A DNA stretch of 64,000 nucleotides from Tubulanus polymorphus (GCF_964204645.1 NC_134028.1:12943263-13007262), one strand, 5' to 3'. Positions 29,972 to 42,674 are shown, counted from the first letter of the stretch. Notes: generated by a model not told the origin, from the letters alone. Numbers and translations: made by a program.

Positions 29972-30778
29972 ATGTCGGGGCCGATAACGGTAAGGGTTAC
30001 AGCCAAACGCCGTAGCGCTGGTTATTTGGGTGCCCCACCCCGAAAGAGGTGTCTCGTTGCGGTGAGCTTGACACCCGCAGCTCCGACATCAATAGCTGCA
30101 GCACGGTCACCTTCTAGGGACAATAGTGGGACTCCGTATTCCCGGCTGACGGACCTTGAGTTACAAGACACTTGTTTATACTGCACGTGCCCAACGCTAG
30201 CGGTCTTTTACGACCGGATACGGTGCACTTGCCCGCCCTTAGCACCCTCTTTTCCCACTCTGAATTCATCGGGTACGGATTCGAACCGTTGTAGCCCGAT
30301 AGGGACTGACCAGCTTATCACGCGGGCTTCATCGGCTGGTTCGACCTGTTCAGGCAGCTCGAGTTTTTCGTGCTGTTGTTCGGTGCCACCTGATTCACCT
30401 ACACGGGATGCCGAACGTCCATTGGACACAGAGCAGCCATTAGACCTGTCCCCATTGTTGGCGGATAGACCATCGTCTGTTGAAACAACTGCAGCTGGGC
30501 AATTGTTGGGCGGATCTTTGGGCACATCTGTACCAATTTTCCCACTGGACCTGTCCTTGGTTGTGTCTGCGGTTGACCAGCCATTAGATCTTTCACCTGG
30601 TCAGTGTTTAAGCCCATTTTTAGAGAAGCAGTCTGTCCCCAGCCCTTCCTTTTCGTGGAATTTTGAGGGGATTGACGACATTCTTTTGTCGTCGTCAAAC
30701 GAAGAGTTGACTGTGGCGGACATTGACTGCATTTGGGAAAAGCTGCTTTGTTGGGCCGATCATCAGGATCGAGTTTAG
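29972..30778 (+). CDS. Gypsy leader ORF C: basic NLS-like motif, Cys cluster, three PLDLS motifs, acidic C-terminus
   Basis: 268-270 aa open frame bounded by AT-rich spacers; PPRKR, CLYCTC..CTC, QPLDLSP, FPLDLSL, QPLDLSP. Confidence 0.6.
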   Translation: MSGPITVRVTAKRRSAGYLGAPPRKRCLVAVSLTPAAPTSIAAARSPSRDNSGTPYSRLTDLELQDTCLYCTCPTLAVFYDRIRCTCPPLAPSFPTLNSSGTDSNRCSPIGTDQLITRASSAGSTCSGSSSFSCCCSVPPDSPTRDAERPLDTEQPLDLSPLLADRPSSVETTAAGQLLGGSLGTSVPIFPLDLSLVVSAVDQPLDLSPGQCLSPFLEKQSVPSPSFSWNFEGIDDILLSSSNEELTVADIDCIWEKLLCWADHQDRV

Positions 30779-30841
30779 TATTTAACATAGTAGTATAGAA
30801 ATACTTAAATATAATTAGAATTACTCCGTTTCAACAATATA

Positions 30842-31990
30842 ATGGCTACTAGAAGCGGCACTGCATACGGGCAGGACAGTGCGGGCGGCTTGCAGGGGCA
30901 ACCCCCTGCCGAAGGGGTCCCACAGGGTCATCCCTTCGTTAACGATAACACGGTCCTGGAGGCCCTCTCAGGCCTACGCGAGCAGGTGGACACAGCCACC
31001 GCTTTTATGAATTTTTCTATGCTCCCCATATTCACGGGACGAGATAGTCAGTGCGTCTCTGATTGGTTCAGAGGGTTCGATCGTTTGGCCGAGCTTAGGG
31101 GCTGGGACGAAACTGCAAAAAAGAAGCAATTATATTGGTTTTTGGCAGGCCCAGCCCTAGTTCTATTCAATGACCTCCGCATTGATCAGGGAACCGATGC
31201 GGCCGGTGGCAAAGTTGTCACTCCCTGGGAAAATATTGTCCGTGCGTTTTGCGCGCAATTTAGCCCCACCTCGTGGGCTTTGGTCAAGGAGTTGGCTTTG
31301 ACGACGATGCGACAGGGGGAGACACAACCGGTCGATAGGTTTGCGGAAGAGATTGATCGTGTGGCCTCGAGGTTGAAATTTTCGGACCACCAGAAAAAGA
31401 TGTTACTAATTAACAACTCTCGCCCTGACATCTCTGTCTACCTGTTGTCACAGCGTCCGACGACATTTAGGGATGCATGGGAGGCAGCCAGAATGGCGGA
31501 GCATATCGAACAACGTAAAGCTCTGTCGTCTCCCAAGGTATCGCAAATTGGGACCGAACCAAATAAAGCGATGGGTGACGTTATGGCTGAATTACGGGAC
31601 ATGTTCCGCCAAATTATGGACATCCAGAAGTCTACCCGTACTCAGCGGAATGATAGAGCCACATTTTATAGCGAAAGCCGCCCGTCACAAAGGTCACAGG
31701 ATGGCCAGGTGGTGTGCTTTCAATGTAACGCCCCTGGTCATTACGCCAGGAATTGCCCGACGTGGCGTTACGACCAACAAAGGTCACCAAACCGGGACGC
31801 ATTTCAGCGTGATAATCGCCGTCCCCAAAATGCTAGTAGGGGTCAGTTTCGGCCACAGAATATTGGGCGTGGCTCCCAAGGGGCTAATCGAACATTTAGT
31901 CAGGGAAACGACCGGAGACCTCATCCTATAGACCGACAAGGGTGGGGTCGCGCAATGAATGGTCAACTGAGCCCTCGCCGGACTCGTTAA
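30842..31990 (+). CDS. gag: Gag with CCHC zinc knuckle
   Basis: MATRSG start; capsid-like LPIFTG...WFRGF...RQGETQPVDRF; CFQCNAPGHYARNC. Confidence 0.93.
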   Translation: MATRSGTAYGQDSAGGLQGQPPAEGVPQGHPFVNDNTVLEALSGLREQVDTATAFMNFSMLPIFTGRDSQCVSDWFRGFDRLAELRGWDETAKKKQLYWFLAGPALVLFNDLRIDQGTDAAGGKVVTPWENIVRAFCAQFSPTSWALVKELALTTMRQGETQPVDRFAEEIDRVASRLKFSDHQKKMLLINNSRPDISVYLLSQRPTTFRDAWEAARMAEHIEQRKALSSPKVSQIGTEPNKAMGDVMAELRDMFRQIMDIQKSTRTQRNDRATFYSESRPSQRSQDGQVVCFQCNAPGHYARNCPTWRYDQQRSPNRDAFQRDNRRPQNASRGQFRPQNIGRGSQGANRTFSQGNDRRPHPIDRQGWGRAMNGQLSPRRTR

Positions 31991-33254
31991 TAAGGAGTGA
32001 TTATTGGTGGGATGACACATATTCGGGTTATCATAGTTATGATAATGACAGTCCGGTAATTGATAATTATATTTTTGATGATGTTGATGATTATTTTGAG
32101 GACGATAGGGATGGTATATTTGACGTGTCATTTAATCAGGGCGACATGCTAGCAGATTCAGTTGACAGTTATTTTGAGACTGAGGACAATTATAATTCGT
32201 ATTACTTTGATGACGATGAGTCATTGGATTTACACACCTTCATGGGGGGCTGATGACGTTTATGACATTCGAGATCGTAACTTTGGGGATAGCTGGAGGG
32301 ACAATTCCAAGTTGTCGTTAGATGGAAATTTTTATATGGATCAGGGATCCAATTTTGAGAACATCTGGAGGGACAATTCCCAGTTGTCGGCTACTTACGA
32401 GCATATAAATAGACACAGGAGGGTTACGTTTAGCGATCCGGTTAAATTGCAGGAGGTACGTGCTGATATGGCGTGCTCGGGTGACAATATTAGTATTGAT
32501 AGGTCACACCCTAGAGGGGTTGATGGTCCGACGGATTCGGCAGAAGATGACCTTTTTAGAGATAGGAAGTCTCATTTAGATTGTCACGAAGGCGCTTTTG
32601 ATCAGTATAGGTACCCAGCAACCTCCGAATCAGCAATACAATGTGATCTTGTGTCATCAGGTTCAAGTAGTAGTAATAATTCACGATCAGAATGTCTCAT
32701 TATGAGTTTTCCGGTTTGCTCGGCTACCCGTACAGGCGGGGTAGTCTAGATAGGCAAATGAAAGCTCCGGTTTGCTGAACTACCCCTCTTTGCGGGGATG
32801 CGGTATGATGTTTGATCTGACAGTTTCAAGTGGTTAATGGGTGTTTCAAGTGCTTACAACGATGCTTATTACTTAATGTGGTACATGGTGGTTTAAAAAA
32901 AGATTTCATAATGATACGCTCAAAGTATAGGCCTACCGCGTGGGCTTCGTAGAAAGACCACTGCCTGTGGCCTTCCCAAATTTTAATTGTTCTGTCCGAT
33001 TTGGTTTCGTCCAATTGAAAGACTGCCTTTTCCAGTTAGGGCATTTTTGGATCACATCACTCAGGAAATGACTTACGCTTTTGGGCCCTTTCGTCGGTCC
33101 CACGTGTTTCATTTGAGCTATAGACCACATGGTGACACCATGTTGGTCAGAAACTGACCAATTGAGATATTCCCGAGTCTGAACACCTGACTGCGAATTT
33201 CGGAAATTTATCAAGTCATGTTTGTTTTCAAACTACCGAGGTATCATCATTGCA

Positions 33255-33642
33255 AATTCATAAATTGACCATCACTGACCACCACTGACCAATTCAAACT
33301 TCTCGAATATGAGTTCGATATACCGCGTTATGGTGTCAAACTAGAAAGGATTCGCCATAAATATTGAGAATTCATAAATTGACCATCACTGAACACCACT
33401 GACCAATTCAAACTTTTCGAATATGAGAACGATTTACCGCGTTATGGTGTCAAACTAGAAAGGATTCGCCATTGAAAATTCATGAATTGACCATCACTGA
33501 CCACCACTGACCAATTGAAACTTCTCGAATGTAAGAGAGATATACAGGTACCGCATTTGGTGTGAAACTAGAAAGCATTCCCCATTAGAATTCATAAATT
33601 GACCATCACTGACCACCACTGCCCAAGTGAAACTTCTCGAAT
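33255..33642 (+). repeat. Four ~105-120-bp tandem units
   Basis: AATTCATAAATTGACCATCACTGACCACCACTGACCAATTCAAACTTCTCGAAT repeated. Confidence 0.9.
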
Positions 33643-35242
33643 ATCGTCGAATTCGAAAGTGGTTGTCGTCGTATTGTTATTTCTAGAGACCAGCAGTATG
33701 TTTTGCTACTGTTTCTGAATGGCGTTGACATGATGGAAATATATTACTCCTAAATAGGTTACACATCTGGATCACAGCACCTCACTTGCCGCAGTGCGTA
33801 ATTCTGACTGCATAGTAATGCTAATACATAAACTTTTTTACTACTTGACTCAAAGCTTGACGCGAATCACCTGAACAGTACTGCGTTTGAAAACGAATAG
33901 AAAATGTTTGCGAGAAGCACCTGCAAATAAGTTATGATAAGATTAATTAAATCATTAAACGCATTAGGCTCCTAATATTTGTAATCATTTGTCCTTCTTT
34001 AAACTTGGCCACTTTTGTTTCAGAAAACCGCGTACTAGACCAGTGGTCACCAAGGCATTAAAAAAAATTTGAAAATTCGATGGTAACGATTTGTCCGTCA
34101 AAAAACTGTTTCGTCAATATTTCAAGTTTTTTTTAAACTCTTGTACAGAATTCACTATATGAAAAGTGTTCATAGGAATTGAAATTCGGTGTGATATCAG
34201 TCACCTGTTACCTCTTTTTCATTGTCAGTTCTTTATTGCACTATCATGCGCTCTTCTAAAATAGAAAAGAACATGTGTGTTTCGTTATAAACAAGGTTAA
34301 ATTCCAAACGCACATGAAATATCACACAATATACACATCTAGCATTTTCTCTAACTAGGCCCTTTCCAAATGGCAATTGTTTAGTTTTTTAACGGCCGAT
34401 ATTCAGAAGCACCTAAAAACCAGTGGTAGCGCTTGAGATTTTCAGTGTAGGTCACATCTCACATCGACTCGGCTCGCAGTCGGTTCGTTTAATGGGAACA
34501 CTTAAACATAGTATTCTTCTTAATTACATTTCGTTGATTCCATAGATATGTTTTTATGAAAATTGCTCCAGTTATAACGGATTCAAACATACATGTGAAA
34601 TCATTATTTTCAAAATATTCAATTTTCTCTGCTTTTGAAGAAATTCTGACACAATATCATCTCCACTCGACAAATGATTTTACTTCGGCGCCTTTAAGGG
34701 AGTGTCCCTTAAAGTTGAGTTCTTACTTAGTCAAACAAGGAGATATGCCTGATTCCTTTTTAAAATTTAGATTTCGACAGATATCATCAAATTACTAGGA
34801 AGGGACAGCAGCGTTCGGTCATCCACAAAAAATACCTAAAATGCAGTCCTAGGGTTATGGAAAAACAGGACACGAAACATACAGAAAAATCCTTTGTTTG
34901 GTTGACTGAAATTATTATTGAACTCTTAAATAGCGACATTCAGAGAAACAAAAACATAAGAATATAATCTCGCCCACCCGTTAAAAACATAACGTAATGA
35001 TATGAGGCCATGTGTCATCTTTAATTGAAATCACATTATATTCATTCTCATGCGAGGATGGGTCTCCAAATTCATAGGATAAGGAGAATAATGGTTTGAA
35101 TGATGAATACAACTGATAAAGCGCCAATTTCACTGATTCTTGCATATAAATGCTCAAAGGCGCTTTACAGTAATCGAGTAAACAGGTGCGTTTTTAGGAG
35201 TCTTTTGAATTTGAATTGAAATCGGGTGTTCATAACGACTAT

Positions 35243-35649
35243 AGGCGCTTTTACGAAACTGAATCTTTGTAAATCGATTTAAGTTTCACGTTTACGGCAC
35301 GCGGTTTAGTGAATCCGATATGGTAAATCAACTCGTTTATGGACGCGGTTTAGTAAATTGATTTATTAAATCGACTAACTTGCTCGGCGAGCAAGTTAGT
35401 GGCGATTTAGTCAGTGAAATCCAACATGGCGTCCTCTTCGACCGCGGGCTAAAGACATCTATTGCAGACCATCATCTATCAATAATTCGGTCACCATTGA
35501 CGCCCATTTTCTTTCGAATCGCGACCTTTAGATTGATAAATTGATTCGCCTCATTTACGAAAAACGATTCGATTTACTAATCCTTACGTTTTCCAACATC
35601 GAATCGGATTTAGCTAAACCGAATCAGATTCAATTTCGTAAAAGCGCCT
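35243..35649. mobile_element. ~405-bp MITE, PIF/Harbinger-like
   Basis: TIR AGGCGCTTTTACGAAA(C/T)TGAATCT; 3-bp A/T flanks. Confidence 0.7.
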
Positions 35650-38600
35650 TATAATTGAGCATTCTAGGGCTGGAGCAAGAAACGTGTGGGATCGTCCGCC
35701 AAGGTATCGCTAGGGAGTCAGTCCGTGGTGGCTTTTGAAAGCGACGACCGCATATGAATGCATTGATTGAATGACATCTCAAAAGTCAGATTATATAAAA
35801 TTAAACATGATATGCGGATAGGTTCTTCCAATTAGGCCTATACTGGTAAAAATTAAATGACCCAATATGTGATATAAATGTTCAATCAAAAAGTAGAAAG
35901 TGAATCCATAATTCAGTATGGTAGGCCTATTGTTACAACATCAAACACTCAAATTCAATCCTTTGTTAAATTGGAAGCCAGTGTAGATGAGCAAGTATCG
36001 TGGTCCCTGATTTTAGTTATCGTAATAATTCAAGCCACGCTATTACTTAATCTTTTTACTAATCATAGAAAATTGTGGTGAAATATTTGACTCGACGGTT
36101 GCTTGAAGATTGTATCTCTCCAAGCCAGAGGTAATCACGGATATCGGACTACAAACAAATTCCTTGTGTAGCTCAACTTTGTAAATTCCTGGAAAAGCTC
36201 GCCTCGGATATTTCAATAATGATTAAACATTAATTTTCCCAACGAAAAACCTAAACAACCAATGTACGCTTGCTTTAAGTTTACCAATGCACTATCGTTG
36301 CTTTTTCTAGCTATTTGTACTGTTTGCCGCAAAAAGATTGCATCCTCTATTACAGGATTTAAGGATACAACTCTAAAACCAGTTAGTTTAAATTAACCAT
36401 TATACAATATGATACATGACCAAATACACTGTTGATATGAAAAAGATCCAATATGTACACATTTCAAATCTCAAACCAAGTTTTATCATTAGAAAATAAC
36501 GACACAACGTTCGATCGTTCACTAGAGATCATCATTTTGAATTTGTACACAGTGAATTTTCGTATCGTATTATGGTATTATCAATTCTCCGCATTTGAGT
36601 GTGATTATTCTACGAATACAAAGTTATTTTTAGCAATGAAGTTTTAATTGTCATTTTAAATGATAACTATCCACTGGTATGTAAACTTACTAACTTTTGG
36701 CAACTGACCTCAAATCTTGGAATGGGCTCAGGTAGCCTGCTGATCCACTCTTCATTAATACTAAAGAAATATTCAGTATAAGAAGTAAAAAGTATATTAG
36801 AGTACTATTTATCTTTATATCGCAATAATTTGTGTACGTATGATTGAAAAACGATATTCTATCGAATCTCATGGTACTTATGATTATTGTGTATAAGATC
36901 AATAATCAGCAACCTTCCACGGATACGAAGCGGCCTAAGTTTACATCCTACCATAATTTTCTCTAAACTCTCAGCATTATATCAAGATCGGTCTTAGAAA
37001 ATATATGAAGGACGTGTTCACAGGTTAACGAGGCCAAAAATCTTCCTCAAAATTTCAAATTTTTACGAGCAAAGATAATATACTTCATGCTTTTGGTGCA
37101 GAAATAATGGATGTCCACAAATTGCAAATTGTGTTTTCAAAGTAAACGATCCGAGTGTAGAATTGTTTCGAATTCAGGGTTCTTCCATTTACTCTCCGGT
37201 ATTTTACAATGTTTCAATAAGATACGTAAGTCGCACTTTTGTTGTGATACAGCTTTCTCTATTGGTCAGCGTTGTGATCACTTAAAATTACCCATAAGTT
37301 TGAATTCTCACTGAACTACTACATCCCTTATAACGAATATATATATTTCATATGAGGTGATTAACTTTGATGATCTGCGGTCAGTGGATAGCAGTTACGA
37401 AACATTCAAAACTACTACATTATCTTCCATCTATTCATTATTCATATATATATATGATATGATATGATATGATATAATATCTCCTTTAGTGTTCAGTTTA
37501 AACGTCTTGAACGCAAAAGTTTGACAAGTTTCGCATAATGGTACCGATACGCACGTTCACGCGAGTGAAATGTGCACGTTACAGGCTCAAATGCGCACGT
37601 TACAATTACAAATCGAAACGTTGTTCGTTCAAAACCCGATGTGAAAATCTTTTGCATTAAGTGGGAAATTTCAAAGTTAGCTCGCTTCCTACAATAAAAA
37701 TTGGACAAGACTTTTAAAACGACACATTTAATAAGAGTAGTACTGAGGAAGGATTCAGGCAATACCCCGTGTTATTTCTAAAAACATTTAACCGGTAATT
37801 AGACAGTACTGGTGTAGCTTGTACAGGTAAAAGAGTTATTATATTTACGTTCAGACCGAATGAAATTATTTGATACGAGACACGACTAAGTTGTGTCCGA
37901 AACAGATAAATATAGCCATGTGGTCAGTATTGGTCAAGATTTGGTCACTTGAATAGTTGTTAGATGAAAGCCCACACCATTTCTAATTATTTGACACCAA
38001 ACACGACTGTGTTGCTTCTAGAATAAACAAATTACTTTAAGGTCAGTATTGGTAAAATATTGGTCAGTTAAATAGTTGTTAGATCATAGCCCGCACCGTA
38101 TCTAGTAGCTCGACGCCCAAACACGATTTTATTGCTTTACTAAACATATAAATTACATATGGTGGGTTCTAGTTAGTGGTAACTGGTCAGTACTGGTCAA
38201 GCATTGGTCAGTTAAACAATTTTTAGTTTAATGTCCACATTATATCTAGTTATTTGACACCAAATAACTTAATTGTTTGCAAAACAGATAATTTACTATA
38301 TAGCCAGTACTGGTCATGCATTGGTCAGTTGATAGACCAAGGTCCACGCCACGAGTTATTTGATACTAAACATTATTGTGTCGTTTCGGAAAATTTATCT
38401 GTTGGGCAATTTGTGGTCAGCCCTGGTTCGTTAGTTCTTATTTTGCGGGCATTTTATCTCGAACCACCGAAAGACTGAATTACTAATTAATTCAACAGAT
38501 CATTAATTAATGGAAATGAAGATCAGTGTTAACTAAGTCCTTAGTCTGAATAAAATGTATGTGGTATTATATGGGTGCTATGGTGCTGTACACCGCACTG

Positions 38601-38783
38601 TATCTTTTTATTTTCACTACTACCGTAATTGACTATGATGTTTTCAAGTGGTCTTAAGTACCGCTAATAGCCGAAAGTCGTTGATTTATGTGAAATTTAC
38701 ACACAGCGCCACCCGTTGGTAGTAAAACTAACCCGAGCAATACGGGTGTTAAATAGATACGCTAGCAAACCGGCATTCTCATA

Positions 38784-39960
38784 ATGTTAATGATCAGAGT
38801 AATATGGAAACTATTTTGTCAAAGATATCTAGTCAGGAAGGAGTCAATGTCGGAGAATTTGTGTCACTCGTTGGAAAGAGGACAGAACTTTCCTGTCACC
38901 TCAAATGCCAGCAGTTTTCACCATCCAGTTGGGGATGGAATGTCCCATGAACAGGACAGAGGTCAAGTTGTCCTCACGTCTAAACCGAATATGCCAATCA
39001 ATGAAAATGTTGGGATAGGAGATCCGAACTCCGATTGTCAACCAACTGTTCACTGTCAGGAACAACTTCCACCTGTTACGACGACTTTAGGTAACACGCC
39101 AACCAACGACATAGGATCCCTTTCCAGTCAGAACAACACTATTGGACAGGAGGCTTATTCCCCGTCAATCATGGCAACTGCCGCCAACCGAGTGACTGGT
39201 AGTCATTCAGGGACACCGTTAAACATTTTGATTGATACGGGTGCCGAAATTTCTGTACTGTCAAACAATTACTTCATCAATCATCGTCAGATATCGAATG
39301 GCCCTTTGCAGGAGGGACAATTTCAGTCCGCCCGTGGGGTAGGTGGTACTAAGTTTGATTTAAAAGGTGTTATTTCCGTAGATTTTGTATTAGGAAATTT
39401 GGACGTGTCACATTTTATGTACGTGGTGGATGGAGTCACCTCGGACTTCATTCTCGGAGTTGATTTCCTGGAACGAAACCAGGCAGTTATCGATTATGCT
39501 AAAAAGGCTCTCTTGTTGCCAGGCGCCGACATAATTTACTTTAGTAATGATGTCATCTTGGGGAAATCTTCGTCGGTTAAAGTCACGCACGCGTATGACT
39601 GTTATTCCCCCTTCATGCGATGTCACCGTAGACCGTAAGTGGCTAATTGACAAGTCTCAGTCATCGATTGCAGCCTTTGAGCCTGTACATTATTTGAGAA
39701 TGCGTGATCTCATGAGCGCAAGGTCAGTTGTTAGCGTCATGCCATCAAGGCATAGGCTTCGAGTCACGAACCCTACGTCACGACACGTCACCCTCTTTGA
39801 AGATACGTGTCGTAGTGATTCGTGGACAGATGGGTGGTCACTTGACCGATCACTCAAAACAGAGGCGAAGTCAGGACAGTTTCGGGCACCGGAGGTGTCT
39901 GTCACACATGTGGAAGACCCTCAGACGTCAGACGAAATTTGTAAGTATAATCGAATTATT
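38784..39960 (+). pseudogene. Gypsy aspartic protease and following pol fragment, truncated before RT
   Basis: LIDTGAEISVLS and DFILGVDFL motifs; frameshift near 39590; no YxDD or integrase motif downstream. Confidence 0.85.
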
Positions 39961-41408
39961 TAGAGTTTGGATCAAGATGCATACGTCCTATTGAAAATTA
40001 TGAATTGTATACGGTGAGCGTCTCTTCAGTAAGTTGTCAAAATATAATTACTTAAGTGTTGTGAAACTGAAGTATATATAAAGCATTGTTGCCAATGAGT
40101 TAACTCATGATCTGGATTTAATACAGGAGATAAAGAAAACCATAAATAAAAATGAATAATAGCTTGATTGTCGTGATATTGGTTTTTGCTGAAATAACAA
40201 TTATCTCCAGGGTTTATTATCTGTAGTCAGAATGGATGTCATCGATTGTCAGTTAGAAAAGAAAGAGTTTTGAAATTGTTATATAATATCTGTGTTTTTA
40301 TTTGATTGTAAGGTACCCTTATCGGATGTGTGAAGATGAGACCGTCGGGATATGACAGCACTACGATGGAAGAATGCCTTCTTCTGTCAACCGTAATAGA
40401 TGTTGATGGGTACCCCCCTGATAGTGACCATATGGAGATGGGGACTTGTTGGGAGGTATCCTGAAACTCTATTCGACGCAACTTATAGTATGATAAACCA
40501 GCAACTGGTATGCTCTGGTCGAGATGAGTGATATTAATTTGCCGATTCGTCAAATAACGAAGAAACGGAGCGAATATACGACATACAACAGCGAACTTTG
40601 GGCGTTGATTTTAACGGGATGGATTCATGCTCGATGTTAGTCATGCGATTCTGGCCATTGTTAGTGGTGTTTGTCACTCTCGAAGACCTGTTATATACTC
40701 ACAAACTTAAGTGATGAAGGGTGGACAAAGACACCTGGCCAATGCAATACGAAATATGAAGAAAAGTGATAATTTCCGTAGACATTTTAGCGGAGTAAAG
40801 CCGAGTGTGTTCAAGATGGCTCCCGTGTAGTTACATTAACATTCGATGGAATGTTGTTCGCTCAAGCCGTAAGATGCGAATGCATTACTGTTATATACTA
40901 GCTGTGGAGAAAAGACTCCGATATTCACCATAGAACTGTAACGTCTATGTGTGCCAGTGAGCGTGTATTAGTAAAGAAAGAATGCGGATTGCCGTACTGA
41001 ACGATTTAGCGGTATGAGTTGCGGGAACTGCGGTGGATGACGTCATTCGTCCGTCCATGACGTACCTTGTTGTGTCTGGTAGCTGTTGCGTCACTTCGCG
41101 GTAAATTCTAAACTCAAACTGTGAACTGTTTTGTGCTTAACTTTCGACTGTTTAGTGTGCGGGGACAGCGGTCTCGAATGAACTTTTTTCCGATTGGTAT
41201 CCAGAACTTTAAATGCGGTTTTATGATAAACTATATCATGAACTTTAATATGCGTTGTAGTGTCGAACTCTAAGAAATAGTTACTCGTTATAATGAATTG
41301 TTTACTAATGTTCTTTTTCAGGATTTGTTCTAGAGGTATCAGCGGGATATTCACGAGTTGGTTTAAATTCAAAATTTCGGGACGAAATTTAAACTGGATA
41401 GGGAGTGT

Positions 41409-42670
41409 TGATCCACAGCTATATTTTCGTAGTATTTGAAAATGTTTCGTAGTATTTAGAAATGTTCGTAATGTTGTTTCCGTATGCGTGGGGGTTACGT
41501 TAAAGCCGTCAGACAAGAACGTACTAGTAGTAAGAATTACGAAAGTTCTTGTTTGATGCTTTCATCTACCAACGCAAACCATAAATCAGTCTATAAACAA
41601 CAATTCTTTCTCGGTTCTTCTGCTGTGAGATCTGGCAAACATTCAGAAAATCTTTATATAAAACTTTTAAATAGTTTTAAATATTTGGTTGGGTCGGAAC
41701 AATGGAGTGTATTTATAATGAGGCTCGTGAAGGGATCACGCTGATACTTGATGATATTCCCGGCTACTTTCCGTAAAAGGAAAAACCGGAAGTTTAGGAA
41801 GATGTGGTTGTTTTGCTTATCCTGTATTAAAATAGAATTAGTTGAATTGTAGATAAAATAATTAGTATAAGTATTTCAAATAATTTAAGAATTGATAATC
41901 AATCACAATGTATTCCGAATCGTAGTTGATTATAATAATTAAAAAAGAAACAATGAATTTGTACTGTGATAAGAAAAGAAAACAAAGTTTTGAAAAGATA
42001 TTTAATTTTAGCAATCTAGATGTTGTTTAAGAACAAATTGTTAATAATCGCTAATGTTTTAGAAAAATTAATTTGTGTTAAATGTTAAAACTAGCTGTCT
42101 GAAGTTTCTGTTGTCTGTATGCGCTCGTTGGTAATTCACAGACAATAGCTGCTCTCTCAACAACGACTAGCAAGGAGTGAGTAAATCACAACGCGTCATG
42201 ACAGGAGGGTTGGAAGAAAAAGTTTATATTAGCAAATCAGTTTTGAAAAATAATTTTAGATCAGCGAATCATTAAGGCCAAATTCTATATGACCAAAACA
42301 GTCATGACAGTAAGGTTGCTGCTCCTTGCCAAAAGTCGGGTGGGAGAGTCGGTATTTTAAGAATGCCGATTCTTTCTATAAAAGGGACCCGCATCTTGAG
42401 AGAGCAGTCAATCGAGAGAATCTGTACCTTAGTAAGACGAGTGTCGACGGCAGGATAGGAGAAGCTTCGGAACGATAGGGATTCATATACAATAGGGATT
42501 AGGAAAATCATTCTCAGGTTCAAGGTAAATAAAATATATTATCTTCAATATTATCATCCGGTATTTCAATTTATTCATTCGGATTTGTGCACGGACACGT
42601 TCTCTCGCCAGGGCCTTACTCAAGTATTTTATAGATAACGATTAAAGAGAGGATTGTGACCGGTGTATCA
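41409..42670 (+). repeat. 3' LTR
   Basis: Direct repeat of 27512-28767, preceded by the purine-rich GGATAGGGAGTGT. Confidence 0.95.
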
Positions 42671-42674
42671 ACGG

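Larger units (their letters stand above)
32835..38652. mobile_element. ~5.8-kb non-coding insertion in the Gypsy gag-protease linker (unclassified; boundaries approximate)
   Basis: No long ORF; a second copy lies at 272-1427. ACTGACCA motifs on the left face inverted TGGTCAGT motifs on the right. TTTCAAGTGGT is repeated at 32824 and 38642. Confidence 0.6.
27512..42670 (+). mobile_element. Ty3/Gypsy-like LTR retroelement lacking RT/RNase H/integrase (non-autonomous)
   Basis: Two ~1.26-kb near-identical LTRs (TGATCCAC...GTGTATCA), 4-bp TSD ACGG (27508-27511 and 42671-42674), PBS, purine-rich tract before the 3' LTR, gag and protease. Confidence 0.93.

Noticed and set aside
38700-38766. Helitron 3' end (ACCCG..CGGGT hairpin then CTAG) and a CTCF-like motif
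   Set aside because: CTAG is followed by C rather than T, the stem is only 5 bp, and no matching 5' end was established; may be Gypsy linker sequence.
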